From the NCBI GenBank assembly GCA_965228875.1, contig OZ245843.1, forward strand, positions 4,694,616-4,758,615: a DNA stretch of 64,000 nt, read 5' to 3'. The position numbers and the translations under genes are program-made. Numbering within the stretch: position 1 is the stretch's first letter; each line of letters begins with the position of its first letter. The stretch comes from Thalassobaculaceae bacterium (lineage in GTDB: Bacteria > Pseudomonadota > Alphaproteobacteria > Thalassobaculales > Thalassobaculaceae). Below the pieces are notes generated by a model. That model had not been told where the DNA came from and made no database searches. It saw nothing but the letters and a program-made list of their open reading frames with translations. Of this stretch, positions 51,471 to 61,818 are shown piece by piece.

Positions 51471-52289
51471 ATGTCCAAACCCCTGGTGCTCATCGGCTGC
51501 GGCAAGATGGGCGGAGCGATGCTGGCCGGCTGGCTTGACAGCGGCGAGGCGGCCGGCGGCGTCCATGTGGTGGAGCCGCATCCCGAGGCCATGGGCGGTC
51601 TCGCCGCCCGCCAGGGGGTGACCGTCCATCCGTCCGCCGAGGCCCTGCCGCAGGACCTGGCACCGAGCGCGGTGGTCCTGGCGGTGAAACCCCAGAGCAT
51701 GGACGACGCTTTGGTGCCGCTGGCCCGACTTGTGGACACCGGCGCCTATTTCCTGTCGATCGCGGCGGGCAAGACGATCGGCTATTTCCAGGACCGGCTC
51801 GGCGCGTCGGCGCCGATCGTGCGGGCCATGCCGAACACCCCGGCCGCCGTCGGACGCGGCATCACCGCCTATGTCGCCAACGGCCAGGTCGGCGCCGATC
51901 AGAAGGCCCAGGCCCATCGCCTGCTGGAAGCCGTTGGCGAGGCGGTCGAGGCGGACGAGGAAGACCAGATCGATGCCGTCACGGCCCTGTCGGGCGGCGG
52001 CCCGGCCTATGTCTTCCTGCTGATCGAGACCCTGGCGGCCGCCGGTGTGAAGGCCGGCTTGCCGGAGGACCTCGCCATGCGGCTCGCCCGGGTGACCGTC
52101 TCCGGCTCCGGCGAACTGGCGCGCCAGTCGGAGGAGCCGGCCTCACAGCTTCGCATCAACGTGACCAGTCCCGGCGGCACCACGGCCGAGGCGCTGAAGG
52201 TGCTGATGGATGGGCAGAACGGCATCCAGCCGATCTTCGATGCGGCCGTCGCCGCCGCCACGGCCCGGTCCAGGGAACTGGCCGGCTGA
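51471..52289 (+). CDS. proC: Pyrroline-5-carboxylate reductase
   Basis: GCGKMG, LAVKPQ, RAMPNTP, SGGGPAY, VTSPGGTT. Confidence 0.97.
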   Translation: MSKPLVLIGCGKMGGAMLAGWLDSGEAAGGVHVVEPHPEAMGGLAARQGVTVHPSAEALPQDLAPSAVVLAVKPQSMDDALVPLARLVDTGAYFLSIAAGKTIGYFQDRLGASAPIVRAMPNTPAAVGRGITAYVANGQVGADQKAQAHRLLEAVGEAVEADEEDQIDAVTALSGGGPAYVFLLIETLAAAGVKAGLPEDLAMRLARVTVSGSGELARQSEEPASQLRINVTSPGGTTAEALKVLMDGQNGIQPIFDAAVAAATARSRELAG

Positions 52290-52331
52290 GCGTCCCTTGA
52301 TGCCGGCGGCTGCGGGGGCATATTCAGCTAC

Positions 52332-52988
52332 ATGACTGAAGAGAGCGACAACACGGCGGACGTGGAGACGGCGGCCGACATGCTGGCGGCCGCCGCGCTC
52401 GAGATCGCCGCGACCGACGGCTGGCGCGCGGTGACCGTGGCGGCGGCGGCGGAGAAGGCCGGGGTTGAACGCTCGGCCGCCCGCCGCGCGGTGCGGTGCA
52501 GGGCCGGGCTTCTGGCGGCGATCGCCGGGCGGGTGGATGCGGCCATGCTCGAGGCGCTCGACGAGGATGCCACCGATCCGGACATTCCGGTGCGCGACCG
52601 GCTGTTCGAGGCGCTGATGGCCAGGCTCGACGCCCTGTCCGCCGACCGCGCCGCCTATCTGTCGATTCTGGATGGCCTGCCGCGGGATCCGGCGTCGGCC
52701 CTGGCCGGTCTGCCAAGCGTCGGGAGGTCGATGGCGCGCACGCTCGAGGCGGTGGGGGAGCGGACGGCGCCGCCCTTCGGACCGCTGAAGGTCAAGGGGC
52801 TGGCGTTGGTCTGGCTGGCCACTCTGCGGGTCTGGCGTGGCGACGAGAGCGCCGACATGGCCGCGACCATGAAGGCGCTGGATGGTTACCTCGCGCGGGC
52901 CGAAGAGGCGGCGAACACGCTCATACCGGGCGCGCGGGTGGTTAACGGCCCCTCGGCTGCCCAGGCGGCGGGCCAAGAGTCTCTGTAA
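52332..52988 (+). CDS. TetR-like/COQ9-related protein
   Basis: N-terminal HTH-like GWRAVTVAAAAEKAGV, then RDRLFEALMAR and TMKALD. Confidence 0.8.
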   Translation: MTEESDNTADVETAADMLAAAALEIAATDGWRAVTVAAAAEKAGVERSAARRAVRCRAGLLAAIAGRVDAAMLEALDEDATDPDIPVRDRLFEALMARLDALSADRAAYLSILDGLPRDPASALAGLPSVGRSMARTLEAVGERTAPPFGPLKVKGLALVWLATLRVWRGDESADMAATMKALDGYLARAEEAANTLIPGARVVNGPSAAQAAGQESL

Positions 52989-53091
52989 CCGTACCGACTT
53001 CTATCTTGCGGGAGGGCCTGTCGGTGGGTAAGGTCGCGCCGCTTCGCCCGGGTGCGATGGCGCCCCTTCCGCCCACCATGTCGGTTTGTCC

Positions 53092-54039
53092 ATGTCGACA
53101 CGCGCCCCGAAGATCCTGGCCTGCAATTCCAACAGGCCCCTGGCCGAGGCCATTTCCGCCTATCTGAACCTTCCGCTGACCAAGGCCGATATCCGTCGGT
53201 TCTCGGACATGGAGGTGTTCGTGGAGATTCAGGAGAACGTGCGCGGCGAGGACGTGTTCGTGGTTCAGTCCACGAGCTACCCGGCGAACGACAACCTGAT
53301 GGAACTGCTGGTCACCCTGGATGCGCTGCGTCGCGGGTCGGCCCGGCGCATCACCGCGGTGATCCCGTATTACGGCTACGCCCGCCAGGACCGGAAGTCC
53401 GGCCCCCGCACGCCGATCTCGGCCAAGCTGGTCGCCAACCTGATCACAAAGGCGGGTGCCGACCGGGTGCTCACCATCGACCTGCACGCCGGTCAGATTC
53501 AGGGCTTCTTCGACATTCCGACCGACAACCTGTTCGCCGCCCCGGTCTTCGTCGACGACATCAAGGCCCGCTACGGCGACGAGCCGCTGGTGGTCGTCTC
53601 ACCGGATGTCGGCGGCGTGGTCCGGGCCCGCGCCATCGCCAGCAAGATCCACGCGGATCTCGCGATCATCGACAAGCGGCGCGAGCGTGCCGGCGTGTCG
53701 GAAGTGATGAACATCATCGGCGATGTCGATGGCCGGCGCTGTGTCCTGGTGGACGACATCGTCGACAGCGGCGGCACGCTCTGCAATGCCGCCGAGGCGC
53801 TGATCCAGGCCGGCGCGATCTCGGCCGACGCCTACATCACCCATGGCGTCCTGTCCGGCGGGGCCGTCGCCCGCGTGACCTCCTCGCCGCTGACCTCGCT
53901 GGTCGCCACCGACTCGATCCAGGCGACCGAAGCGGTCCGGGTCGCCCACAACATCCGCAAGCTGACCGTCGCCCCGCTGCTCGGCGAGGCGATCCAGCGG
54001 ATCAGCGAAGAGCGCTCGGTCTCCAGTCTGTTCAACTGA
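53092..54039 (+). CDS. prs: Ribose-phosphate pyrophosphokinase
   Basis: [39 protein letters not shown]. Confidence 0.98.
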   Translation: MSTRAPKILACNSNRPLAEAISAYLNLPLTKADIRRFSDMEVFVEIQENVRGEDVFVVQSTSYPANDNLMELLVTLDALRRGSARRITAVIPYYGYARQDRKSGPRTPISAKLVANLITKAGADRVLTIDLHAGQIQGFFDIPTDNLFAAPVFVDDIKARYGDEPLVVVSPDVGGVVRARAIASKIHADLAIIDKRRERAGVSEVMNIIGDVDGRRCVLVDDIVDSGGTLCNAAEALIQAGAISADAYITHGVLSGGAVARVTSSPLTSLVATDSIQATEAVRVAHNIRKLTVAPLLGEAIQRISEERSVSSLFN

Positions 54040-54193
54040 GCGGCGGCCCGCCTGTCTGGCGGTTCCTGTCTGGCGCTCCCGGTCCGGCTTGCCCGTGCCG
54101 GATTTGGCTGGCATCGCGACCGGATTCGCGCTATACGCCCCGCCCTGTCCGCCCGGCACCCCTGGAGGCCGGGCTTTTCATAGGAGATGCACC

Positions 54194-54853
54194 ATGGCTG
54201 ACGTTGTGACGTTGGACGCCAGCGTGCGCGATCGGGTCGGTAAGGGGTCCGCCCGGGCTGCGCGTCGCGAGGGGTTCGTTCCCGCCGTTATCTACGGCGA
54301 CAAGAAAGATCCGCTGCCGATCCAGATCGAGAAGCGGGCGCTGGACAAGATCCTGGCAAAGCCGGGATTCTTCTCCCACCTGATCGATCTGAAGGTCGGC
54401 AAGGAGACCCACCGCGTGCTGCCGCGCGACCTGCAGCAGCATCCGGTCAGCGATTTCGCCTGGCATGTCGACTTCCTGCGGGTGTCCGCGGCCAGCACGA
54501 TCACGGTCGATGTCCCGGTCGAGTTCACCAATGAGGACGCCTCGCCGGGTCTGAAGCGCGGCGGCGTGCTGAACGTCGTGCGCCACACGGTCGAGATGAG
54601 CTGCCGGGCCAACAACATCCCGGAGAAGCTGGTGGTCGACCTGGGCGGCCTCGACATCGGCGACTCGCTGCACATCTCGGCAGTGACCCTGCCGGAAGGC
54701 GCGACCCCGACGATCGACGATCGCGACTTCACCATCGCCACCATCGCCTCGCCGACCGTCGTTGCCGACGCGGCCGCGGAAGAGACCGCCGCCGCCGAGG
54801 ATGCGAAGGCCGAGACCGACGAGCCGTCGGACGAGGAGGGCGCGGAGGACTGA
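54194..54853 (+). CDS. rplY: 50S ribosomal protein L25/Ctc
   Basis: GKGSARAARREG, PAVIYG, HVDFLRV, GLKRGG, with AGGAG RBS. Confidence 0.97.
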   Translation: MADVVTLDASVRDRVGKGSARAARREGFVPAVIYGDKKDPLPIQIEKRALDKILAKPGFFSHLIDLKVGKETHRVLPRDLQQHPVSDFAWHVDFLRVSAASTITVDVPVEFTNEDASPGLKRGGVLNVVRHTVEMSCRANNIPEKLVVDLGGLDIGDSLHISAVTLPEGATPTIDDRDFTIATIASPTVVADAAAEETAAAEDAKAETDEPSDEEGAED

Positions 54854-54985
54854 TCTCCTCCCCGCGCACGGTTCCTCAGCGCCCGCGATCCCGACCCCGG
54901 ATCGCGGGCGCTGGCATTTCGGGCGCCCGAATGGCATCACCGATGCGCGTCGCGTCCCGGCGTTTCGCCAGCGAGAGGACTTTCC

Positions 54986-55636
54986 ATGCTGCTGTTCGTC
55001 GGCCTTGGCAATCCTGGACCGAAGTACGAAGGCAACCGCCACAACATCGGCTTCATGGCGATCGAGGAGATCGCCCGTCGCCACAGCTTCGGCCCCTGGC
55101 GGGCCCGCTTCCAGGGTCTGGCGAGTGAGGGCGTGATCGCCGGCGAGAAGGTGCTGGCGCTGAAACCGATGACCTACATGAACGAAAGCGGCCGGTCGGT
55201 CGGCGAGGCGGTGCGGTTCTTCAAGCTGCCGATCGAGGCCGTGTCCGTATTCTACGACGAGCTCGACCTCGCCCCCGGCAAGATGCGGCTCAAGCGCGGT
55301 GGCGGCGCCGGCGGCCATAACGGCGTCCGCGACATCGACCGTCATATCGACAAGAACTACCGCCGGGTCCGCCTTGGCATCGGTCATCCGGGCGACAAGA
55401 ACCGGGTGCACGGCTACGTGCTGTCGGATTTCGCCAAGGCCGAACGCAGCGCCTGGCTCGAGATCCTGATCGATGCCGTGGCGCGCGAGGTCGGGGAACT
55501 GGTGCGCGGCGACGAGGCCCGGTTCATGAGCCGGGTCGCCCATGCCGTGTTCCCACCACCGCCGAAACCGGCTAAACCCGCGCCGAACGCCGGAACCGGC
55601 GCCTCGAACGACTCCCCATCCAGCGACGGAGCGTGA
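54986..55636 (+). CDS. pth: Peptidyl-tRNA hydrolase
   Basis: [35 protein letters not shown]. Confidence 0.98.
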   Translation: MLLFVGLGNPGPKYEGNRHNIGFMAIEEIARRHSFGPWRARFQGLASEGVIAGEKVLALKPMTYMNESGRSVGEAVRFFKLPIEAVSVFYDELDLAPGKMRLKRGGGAGGHNGVRDIDRHIDKNYRRVRLGIGHPGDKNRVHGYVLSDFAKAERSAWLEILIDAVAREVGELVRGDEARFMSRVAHAVFPPPPKPAKPAPNAGTGASNDSPSSDGA

Positions 55637-55640
55637 GCCC

Positions 55641-56744
55641 ATGGGCTTCAACTGTGGCATCGTCGGCCTGCCGAACGTCGGCAAGTCGACGCTCTTCAAC
55701 GCGCTGACCGCCACGGCGGCGGCGGAGGCGGCGAACTATCCGTTCTGCACGATCGAGCCGAACACCGGCCGTGTCGCGGTCCCGGATCCGCGCCTCGACG
55801 ACCTGGCGCGCCTGGCCAAGTCGGCGAAGATCCTGCCGACCCAGATCGAGTTCGTGGACATCGCCGGCCTGGTCAAGGGGGCGAGCAAGGGGGAGGGTCT
55901 GGGCAACCAGTTCCTCGCCAACATCCGCGAGACCCACGCCATCATCCAGGTGCTGCGCTGCTTCGAGGGCGAGGTGACCCATGTGGACGGTTCGGTCGAT
56001 CCGATCCGCGACGCCGAGACCATCGAGACTGAGCTTATGCTCGCCGATCTGGAGAGCGTCGAGAAGCGGATCCCGGCGCTGGAGAAGAGGATCCGCGGCC
56101 AGGACAAGGAAGCCAGGGCCCTGATGCCGCTGATGCAGCGGGTCGCAGACCTGCTGCGCGACGGCCGTCCGGCCCGGGCGCTGCTGCCCGAACTCGACGC
56201 CGAGGAGACGAGGCTGCTCGGGCAGATGCAGCTGCTCACCGCCAAGCCGATCCTCTACGTGTGCAATGTCGAGGAGGAGAACGCCGCCACCGGCAACGCG
56301 CTGTCCGAGAAGGTCGCGGCCATGGCGGCCGAGCAGGGGGCCGAGGCGGTGGTGATCTCGGCGGCGATCGAGTCCGAGATCGCCCAACTGACCGACGCCG
56401 AGGAGAAGCAGGAGTTCCTGGACAGCCTCGGACTGGAGGAGCCGGGTCTGACCAGGCTGATCCGGGCCGGCTACCGGCTGCTCGACCTGCTGACCTTCTT
56501 CACCGTCGGTCCGAAGGAGGCGCGGGCCTGGACCGTGCGGCGCGGCGCCAAGGCGCCGGAAGCGGCGGGCGAGATCCATACGGACTTCCAGCGCGGCTTC
56601 ATCCGCGCCGAGACGATCTCCTATGACGACTACGTCGCCACCGGCGGCGAGCAGGGGGCGAAGGACGCCGGCAAGATGCGGGTGGAAGGCTCGGAATACG
56701 TCGTGCAGGATGGCGACGTCTTCCATTTCCGCTTCAACGTCTGA
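55641..56744 (+). CDS. ychF: Redox-regulated ATPase YchF
   Basis: [41 protein letters not shown]. Confidence 0.98.
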   Translation: MGFNCGIVGLPNVGKSTLFNALTATAAAEAANYPFCTIEPNTGRVAVPDPRLDDLARLAKSAKILPTQIEFVDIAGLVKGASKGEGLGNQFLANIRETHAIIQVLRCFEGEVTHVDGSVDPIRDAETIETELMLADLESVEKRIPALEKRIRGQDKEARALMPLMQRVADLLRDGRPARALLPELDAEETRLLGQMQLLTAKPILYVCNVEEENAATGNALSEKVAAMAAEQGAEAVVISAAIESEIAQLTDAEEKQEFLDSLGLEEPGLTRLIRAGYRLLDLLTFFTVGPKEARAWTVRRGAKAPEAAGEIHTDFQRGFIRAETISYDDYVATGGEQGAKDAGKMRVEGSEYVVQDGDVFHFRFNV

Positions 56745-56780
56745 CCGCGCAACCGTCCATCCTAACCCGGGGGAAACACC

Positions 56781-57449
56781 ATGGCCGATACGCTCAAGCT
56801 CAAGGCATCCGACGGTCACGAGTTCGACGCCTACCTCGCGCAGCCGTCCGGCAAGCCGAAGGCGGGCCTCGTGGTGATCCAGGAGATCTTCGGCGTGAAC
56901 TCGCACATGAGGAAGGTTGCCGACGGTTTCGCAGAGGACGGTTACCTGACGATCTGTCCGGCCCTCTACGACCGCTTCAAGCCGGGGGTCGAACTCGGGT
57001 ATGACGAGGACGACGTGACCGAAGGCCGCGAGATCCGCGCCAAGGTCGGAAACGACGACCCGCTGCTGGACATCGCCGCCGCCGCCGACGCGGTACGCTC
57101 GGCCGGCAAGGTCGGTGTGGTCGGATACTGCTGGGGCGGCACCCTGACCTGGCTGTCGGCCACAAAGCTCGACGGCTTCGCGGTCGCCTCCAGCTATTAT
57201 GGTGGCGGCATCGGCGGCCTCGTCGACCTGCAGCCGAAATGCCCGGTGATCTTCCATTTCGGGGAGCAGGACCACGCCATCCCGATGGACGAGGTGGAGA
57301 AGCTGCGTCAGGCGCATCCGGACCTCCCGGTGCATGTCTACCCGGCCGGTCACGGCTTCAACTGCGACGAGCGCGGCAGCCACGAGCAGAAGAGCGCCGA
57401 GATCGCCCGCGAGCGGACCCTGGAGTTTTTCCGACAGCACCTCGGCTGA
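56781..57449 (+). CDS. Dienelactone hydrolase family protein
   Basis: IQEIFGVN, GYCWGG, HFGEQD, AGHGF. Confidence 0.95.
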   Translation: MADTLKLKASDGHEFDAYLAQPSGKPKAGLVVIQEIFGVNSHMRKVADGFAEDGYLTICPALYDRFKPGVELGYDEDDVTEGREIRAKVGNDDPLLDIAAAADAVRSAGKVGVVGYCWGGTLTWLSATKLDGFAVASSYYGGGIGGLVDLQPKCPVIFHFGEQDHAIPMDEVEKLRQAHPDLPVHVYPAGHGFNCDERGSHEQKSAEIARERTLEFFRQHLG

Positions 57450-57613
57450 CGCACCCCGACAGATCGGACGCTGCATTCCGGGTGCGGGCCTCTGCCCTCG
57501 GACGGGCCGGCCTGCCGCGTGTGGCATTCTCCTGCGGCGTTCCGTGGCGATTGTCCTGGCACGGGGCGGAAAATGACCTTTCAATAGGCCCCTCAACAAT
57601 CAGGGAGGGTGTT

Positions 57614-59308
57614 GTGAGGTCATTTGCTTTCGCGATGATCGTGGCGATGCCGGCCGTTGGATTGACGGGCGGTGCCTGGGCCCAGTCAATGGGGGCGGCT
57701 TTCTCGCTCGCGGAACCGCCAGTTCAGCCGGGCGAGGTCGCCTTCGTCGAACCGCCGGTCCTGCGCTCCCGCGGCGGCGTGCTCGAAGTCGAGCTGGATG
57801 TTGTGATGCACGAACATCACGACGAAATCTACCGGACCTACGCCGATCCGGAAACCGGAAGGCCGCTGGTTCCGGGACCCACCTGGTCGGTGAAACCGGG
57901 GGATCAGATCATCCTCACCCTCAACAACCGGATGCCGGCCGACGCACCCGACGAGAAGCCGCTGGCACCGTCGCCGCGGCCGAGCTTCACGGTGAACGGG
58001 CCGCACAACTTCAACATCACAAACATGCACACCCATGGCCTTTGGGTGTCGCCGGACGGCAATTCCGACAATGTGCTGGTCCGCGTCCGGCCCGGAACGC
58101 GGTTCATCTACGAGTACCAGCTTCCCAGAACGCACTGGTCGGGGACGATGTGGTACCACCCGCACAATCACGGCTCGACCTCGGTCCAGGTGGCCTCCGG
58201 CATGGCCGGCGCCTTCATCATCAAGGGTGGGCTCGACGACATGCCGGGCATGCCGGGGCCGGACGACGACCACGTCATGGTCCTGCAGCAGCTGGTCGGC
58301 AGCGAGCGGGCGGAGAAGCTCGTCGGCTTCTTCGGAGCCATCGAGGATGCGATCGATCCGGCCACGGTGCACACTTCGATCAACGGAGTCTGGCGGCCGA
58401 CACTGGCGCTAACCGAGAACCGCATCCAGCGGCTGCGCTTCATCAACGCCGCCAGCCACGACAACCAGGTCCTGCAGATCGTTGCCTACGACCCCCGGAA
58501 GCCGGAGGACCGGAGCACACGACTGCCGCTCCACCCGGTGTCCTATGACGGCATCGCTGCGAGCGGACCGGTGGAGAACAACGACACGATCATGCTGGCG
58601 CCGGGCAATCGGGTCGACCTGCTGGTGCAGTTACCGGCGGGGGCCCCCGACCGGGCATATGCGATCTGGTCGCTGAACGACGGATCCGCGTTCAACACCG
58701 TCGGTCACGACGAACTGATCGGTTTCATCACCGTCGCCTCGCCGGACGCAGCCGACGGCGCGGTTCCGGCGGCCATACCCGAGGCGTACGGGCCGACCAG
58801 CCATCTCATCGCCGAGGGCACGAAGATGGACGTGAACCGGCAGGTGTTGTTCTCGGTGCCGACGACGCCGCAGGGCGGTGTCAGCTTTCACATCGACAAC
58901 CATCCCTTCGAAGGCAATGTCATCAACCAGACGGTCTACGAGGGGGCCGTCGAGCAGTGGACGATCAGCAACGATTCCGGCGGAGTGCACCCGTTCCACA
59001 TCCACGTGAACCCGTTCAAGCTGACGGGCGTCGCGACCGACGGGTTGAGCGGCCCCGGCGCACCGTATGGCGGCCACCTTCCGACCTACTACGCCATGCG
59101 CATGAACCGCTACATGGACACGCTGCTGATCCCGCCGCAGATCGACAGCATCGATGGGCATTTCACCATGCAGTCGCGGTTCCTGCGGTTCATCGGCACC
59201 TATGTCCTCCATTGCCATATCCTGGGGCACGAGGATGCCGGAATGATGCAACTGGTCCAGGTGATCGCCCGTCAGGGCGAGGCCGGTTCGGCGGTGCACA
59301 GGCACTGA
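57614..59308 (+). CDS. Secreted multicopper oxidase (3-domain)
   Basis: GGGAGG RBS with GTG start and a signal peptide. Cu motifs HTHG, WYHPH, HPFHIH, HCHILGHEDAGM. Confidence 0.94.
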   Translation: MRSFAFAMIVAMPAVGLTGGAWAQSMGAAFSLAEPPVQPGEVAFVEPPVLRSRGGVLEVELDVVMHEHHDEIYRTYADPETGRPLVPGPTWSVKPGDQIILTLNNRMPADAPDEKPLAPSPRPSFTVNGPHNFNITNMHTHGLWVSPDGNSDNVLVRVRPGTRFIYEYQLPRTHWSGTMWYHPHNHGSTSVQVASGMAGAFIIKGGLDDMPGMPGPDDDHVMVLQQLVGSERAEKLVGFFGAIEDAIDPATVHTSINGVWRPTLALTENRIQRLRFINAASHDNQVLQIVAYDPRKPEDRSTRLPLHPVSYDGIAASGPVENNDTIMLAPGNRVDLLVQLPAGAPDRAYAIWSLNDGSAFNTVGHDELIGFITVASPDAADGAVPAAIPEAYGPTSHLIAEGTKMDVNRQVLFSVPTTPQGGVSFHIDNHPFEGNVINQTVYEGAVEQWTISNDSGGVHPFHIHVNPFKLTGVATDGLSGPGAPYGGHLPTYYAMRMNRYMDTLLIPPQIDSIDGHFTMQSRFLRFIGTYVLHCHILGHEDAGMMQLVQVIARQGEAGSAVHRH

Positions 59309-59415
59309 TCGCCGGGACGGGAGTACTGGCGGAGAGACCTCCGGTCGGTGGGGGAAACCGACCTCCGGTCGGGGTCCGGTTTGGCCGGCCCCCGCGCCGC
59401 CGTTAGACTGCCGCG

Positions 59416-59973
59416 ATGGGGGGAGACGGCGACACGGCCTGGCCGACCGATTGCGCGCAGTGCATGGGACTGTGCTGCGTGGCCCTGGCGCACCAGCCGA
59501 GCGCCGGCTTCCCGGCGTTCAAGGCGCCGCACACGGCCTGCCGCCACCTCGATGACGATTTCCGCTGCCGGATTTTCGCCAACCTGGAACGCGAGGGGTT
59601 TCCGGTCTGCCGACCCTACGACTGCTTCGGCGCCGGCCCCGTCGTCGCCCGGCGCATGCGCGCGGAATGGGGACCCTGGACGCCGGCGATGATCGCCGGT
59701 GCGCAGGCGCATCTGGACGGGTTCCGCGAACTTGCACGCCTGCGCATGCTGATCGTCGCCCTCCGCCGGGAGGGCTCGGACGACGCCCGGCGGCTCGCCA
59801 AGCGCCTCGATCCCATCGCCGAGGCCTTCCGCCGCACCGGCCGGATCGAGGTCGATGCCGACACCGCGCAGTTCATGCGTTGGCACGAGGGGCTGATCTC
59901 GGCCATCCTGAGGCCGCTCGAACAACAGAATTCAAGAAACACCTCATTGGGGGAGGACCATGAGCGGTCTTGA
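59416..59973 (+). CDS. Cys-cluster protein (CxxCxxxCC)
   Basis: DCAQCMGLCCVAL...CRHL...CRIF...GFPVCRPYDCFGAG, 8 Cys. Confidence 0.78.
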   Translation: MGGDGDTAWPTDCAQCMGLCCVALAHQPSAGFPAFKAPHTACRHLDDDFRCRIFANLEREGFPVCRPYDCFGAGPVVARRMRAEWGPWTPAMIAGAQAHLDGFRELARLRMLIVALRREGSDDARRLAKRLDPIAEAFRRTGRIEVDADTAQFMRWHEGLISAILRPLEQQNSRNTSLGEDHERS

Positions 59974-60679
59974 AGGCAGGGTCGCCGTCATCACCGGCGC
60001 GACAAGCGGCATCGGCCTGGCCACGGCCGAGGCCCTGTCGGCGCGCGGGGTGAAACTTGTCCTGCACGGACGCCGGCGGGAGGTGCTGGACGCCCATGCG
60101 GCGCGGCTGCCGGACTGCGCGGTTCTGGCCGGCGATATCGGCGATCCGGCGACACCGGACGCGCTGGCGGCCCTGGCGCTGGAGCGCTTCGGCCGGCTCG
60201 ACATCGCCTATGCCAACGCGGGGCTGATTGCCTCCGGCCCGGTCGAGGATATCGATCTGTCGGCCATGTCGGACATGCTGCGGGTCAACATCGACGCCAC
60301 CTTCCGCTTCGCCTACACGGCCCTGCGCCACATGAAGGCCGCCGGAAGCGGCGACATGCTGTTCACCGGGTCGGTGCTGGGGACCAAGGCGCGTCCCCTG
60401 GCCGGCGCCTACGCGGCGACCAAGTTCGCGGTCGAGGCGCTGGCCGAATCGCTGCGCATGGAACTGGCGGGCAGCGGGGTGCGGGTTGCGGTGGTGGAGC
60501 CCGGCCTGGTGCGCACCGACCTGCACCGGGACTATGAGGTCCGCCCGGAAGTCAGTCAGGGTGTGCCGGAGCCGCTGTCCCCGGCGGATGTCGCCCGCGC
60601 CGTCGTCTTCGCCGTCGAACAACCGGCTTCCGTACTGATCCCGCGGATCATGGTCCTGCCGTCCAGCCAGAACGTATGA
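59960..60679 (+). CDS. SDR family oxidoreductase
   Basis: ITGATSGIG, ANAG, YAATK, EPGLVRT. Confidence 0.94.
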   Translation: MSGLEGRVAVITGATSGIGLATAEALSARGVKLVLHGRRREVLDAHAARLPDCAVLAGDIGDPATPDALAALALERFGRLDIAYANAGLIASGPVEDIDLSAMSDMLRVNIDATFRFAYTALRHMKAAGSGDMLFTGSVLGTKARPLAGAYAATKFAVEALAESLRMELAGSGVRVAVVEPGLVRTDLHRDYEVRPEVSQGVPEPLSPADVARAVVFAVEQPASVLIPRIMVLPSSQNV

Positions 60680-60689
60680 GGAGGCGGCG

Positions 60690-61784
60690 ATGAAGATCAC
60701 CGGCCTGCGCACCCGCGCCATCGAGATCCCGTTCGACAAGCCCATCGGCACCGCCATCCACCGCATCGAGGGGGTGGCCGGCCTGCTGGTCTGGCTCGAC
60801 ACCGATGAGGGCATCACCGGCGAGAGCTATCTCTGGGCCATTGGCCGCCACCGCCTGCCGGTGCTGGAGTCGATCACCCGCATGCTGGGCGAGCGGATGA
60901 TCGGCAGGGATCCGCGCGACACCACGGCCCGCTTCGACGAGATGTGGGGCGAGATCAACTTCCTCGGCCATAAGGGCGTGTCGCTGTTCGGGATCGCCGC
61001 CATCGACTGGGCCTGCTGGGATATCCTGGGGCAGTCGCTGAACGCCTCGGTCTCGCGCCTGCTGGGCCGACGGCGCGACCGGGTGCGGGCCTACGCCTCC
61101 GGCGGGCTCTGGGCGTCGATGACCATCGACGAACTGCAGGAACAGGCGCGGGACTTCCTGGATCACGGCTTCCGGGCGATGAAGATCCGCATCGGCAAGC
61201 CGGATATCGGCGAGGATATCGACCGGGTCGCCGCCGTGCGCGACGTCATCGGACCGCATGTGGGCCTGATGGCGGACGCCAACCAGGGCCTCTCGGTGCC
61301 GCATGCCATCCGTCTCGGCCGCCGGCTGGAGGCGTTCGACCTGGTCTGGTTCGAGGAACCGGTGCAGGCCTACGACCTGGAGGGCTCGGCCCGGGTCGCC
61401 GCCGAGATCGACACCCCCATCGCCAGCGGCGAGACGGAGTACGGCCGCTACGGCTTCCGCGACATGCTGGAGCGCAAGTCGGCCGACGTGCTGATGCCGG
61501 ATCTGGAGCGGGTCGGCGGCGTCACCGAATGGATCCGCGTCGCCCATATGGCGGCCGCCCATGACGTGTCGGTAAGTCCGCACCTGTTCACCGAGCACTG
61601 CCTGCAGATCTGCGGCGCTGTGTCCAACGTGAACTATGCCGAGCACATGCCCTGGTTCCGTCCGCTGTTCGCCGAGGAGGTGGCGATGGAGGATGGTGAC
61701 CTGCTGATCCCGGATGTTCCCGGAATGGGCTTCCGTTTCGACCCCGACGCGGTCGAGCGCTATGCGCTGGACCGGCAGGGCTGA
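60690..61784 (+). CDS. Mandelate racemase/muconate lactonizing enzyme family protein
   Basis: MKIRIG, MADANQ, WFEEP, ASGE, MPD, SPH, AEH. Confidence 0.93.
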   Translation: MKITGLRTRAIEIPFDKPIGTAIHRIEGVAGLLVWLDTDEGITGESYLWAIGRHRLPVLESITRMLGERMIGRDPRDTTARFDEMWGEINFLGHKGVSLFGIAAIDWACWDILGQSLNASVSRLLGRRRDRVRAYASGGLWASMTIDELQEQARDFLDHGFRAMKIRIGKPDIGEDIDRVAAVRDVIGPHVGLMADANQGLSVPHAIRLGRRLEAFDLVWFEEPVQAYDLEGSARVAAEIDTPIASGETEYGRYGFRDMLERKSADVLMPDLERVGGVTEWIRVAHMAAAHDVSVSPHLFTEHCLQICGAVSNVNYAEHMPWFRPLFAEEVAMEDGDLLIPDVPGMGFRFDPDAVERYALDRQG

Positions 61785-61818
61785 CGATGAAAACCGAAAT
61801 TCTGGAGGATACGGACGC

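Noticed and set aside
59333..59375. Repeated gacctccggtcgg after the multicopper oxidase
   Set aside because: Two short copies only, probably part of a terminator-like structure.
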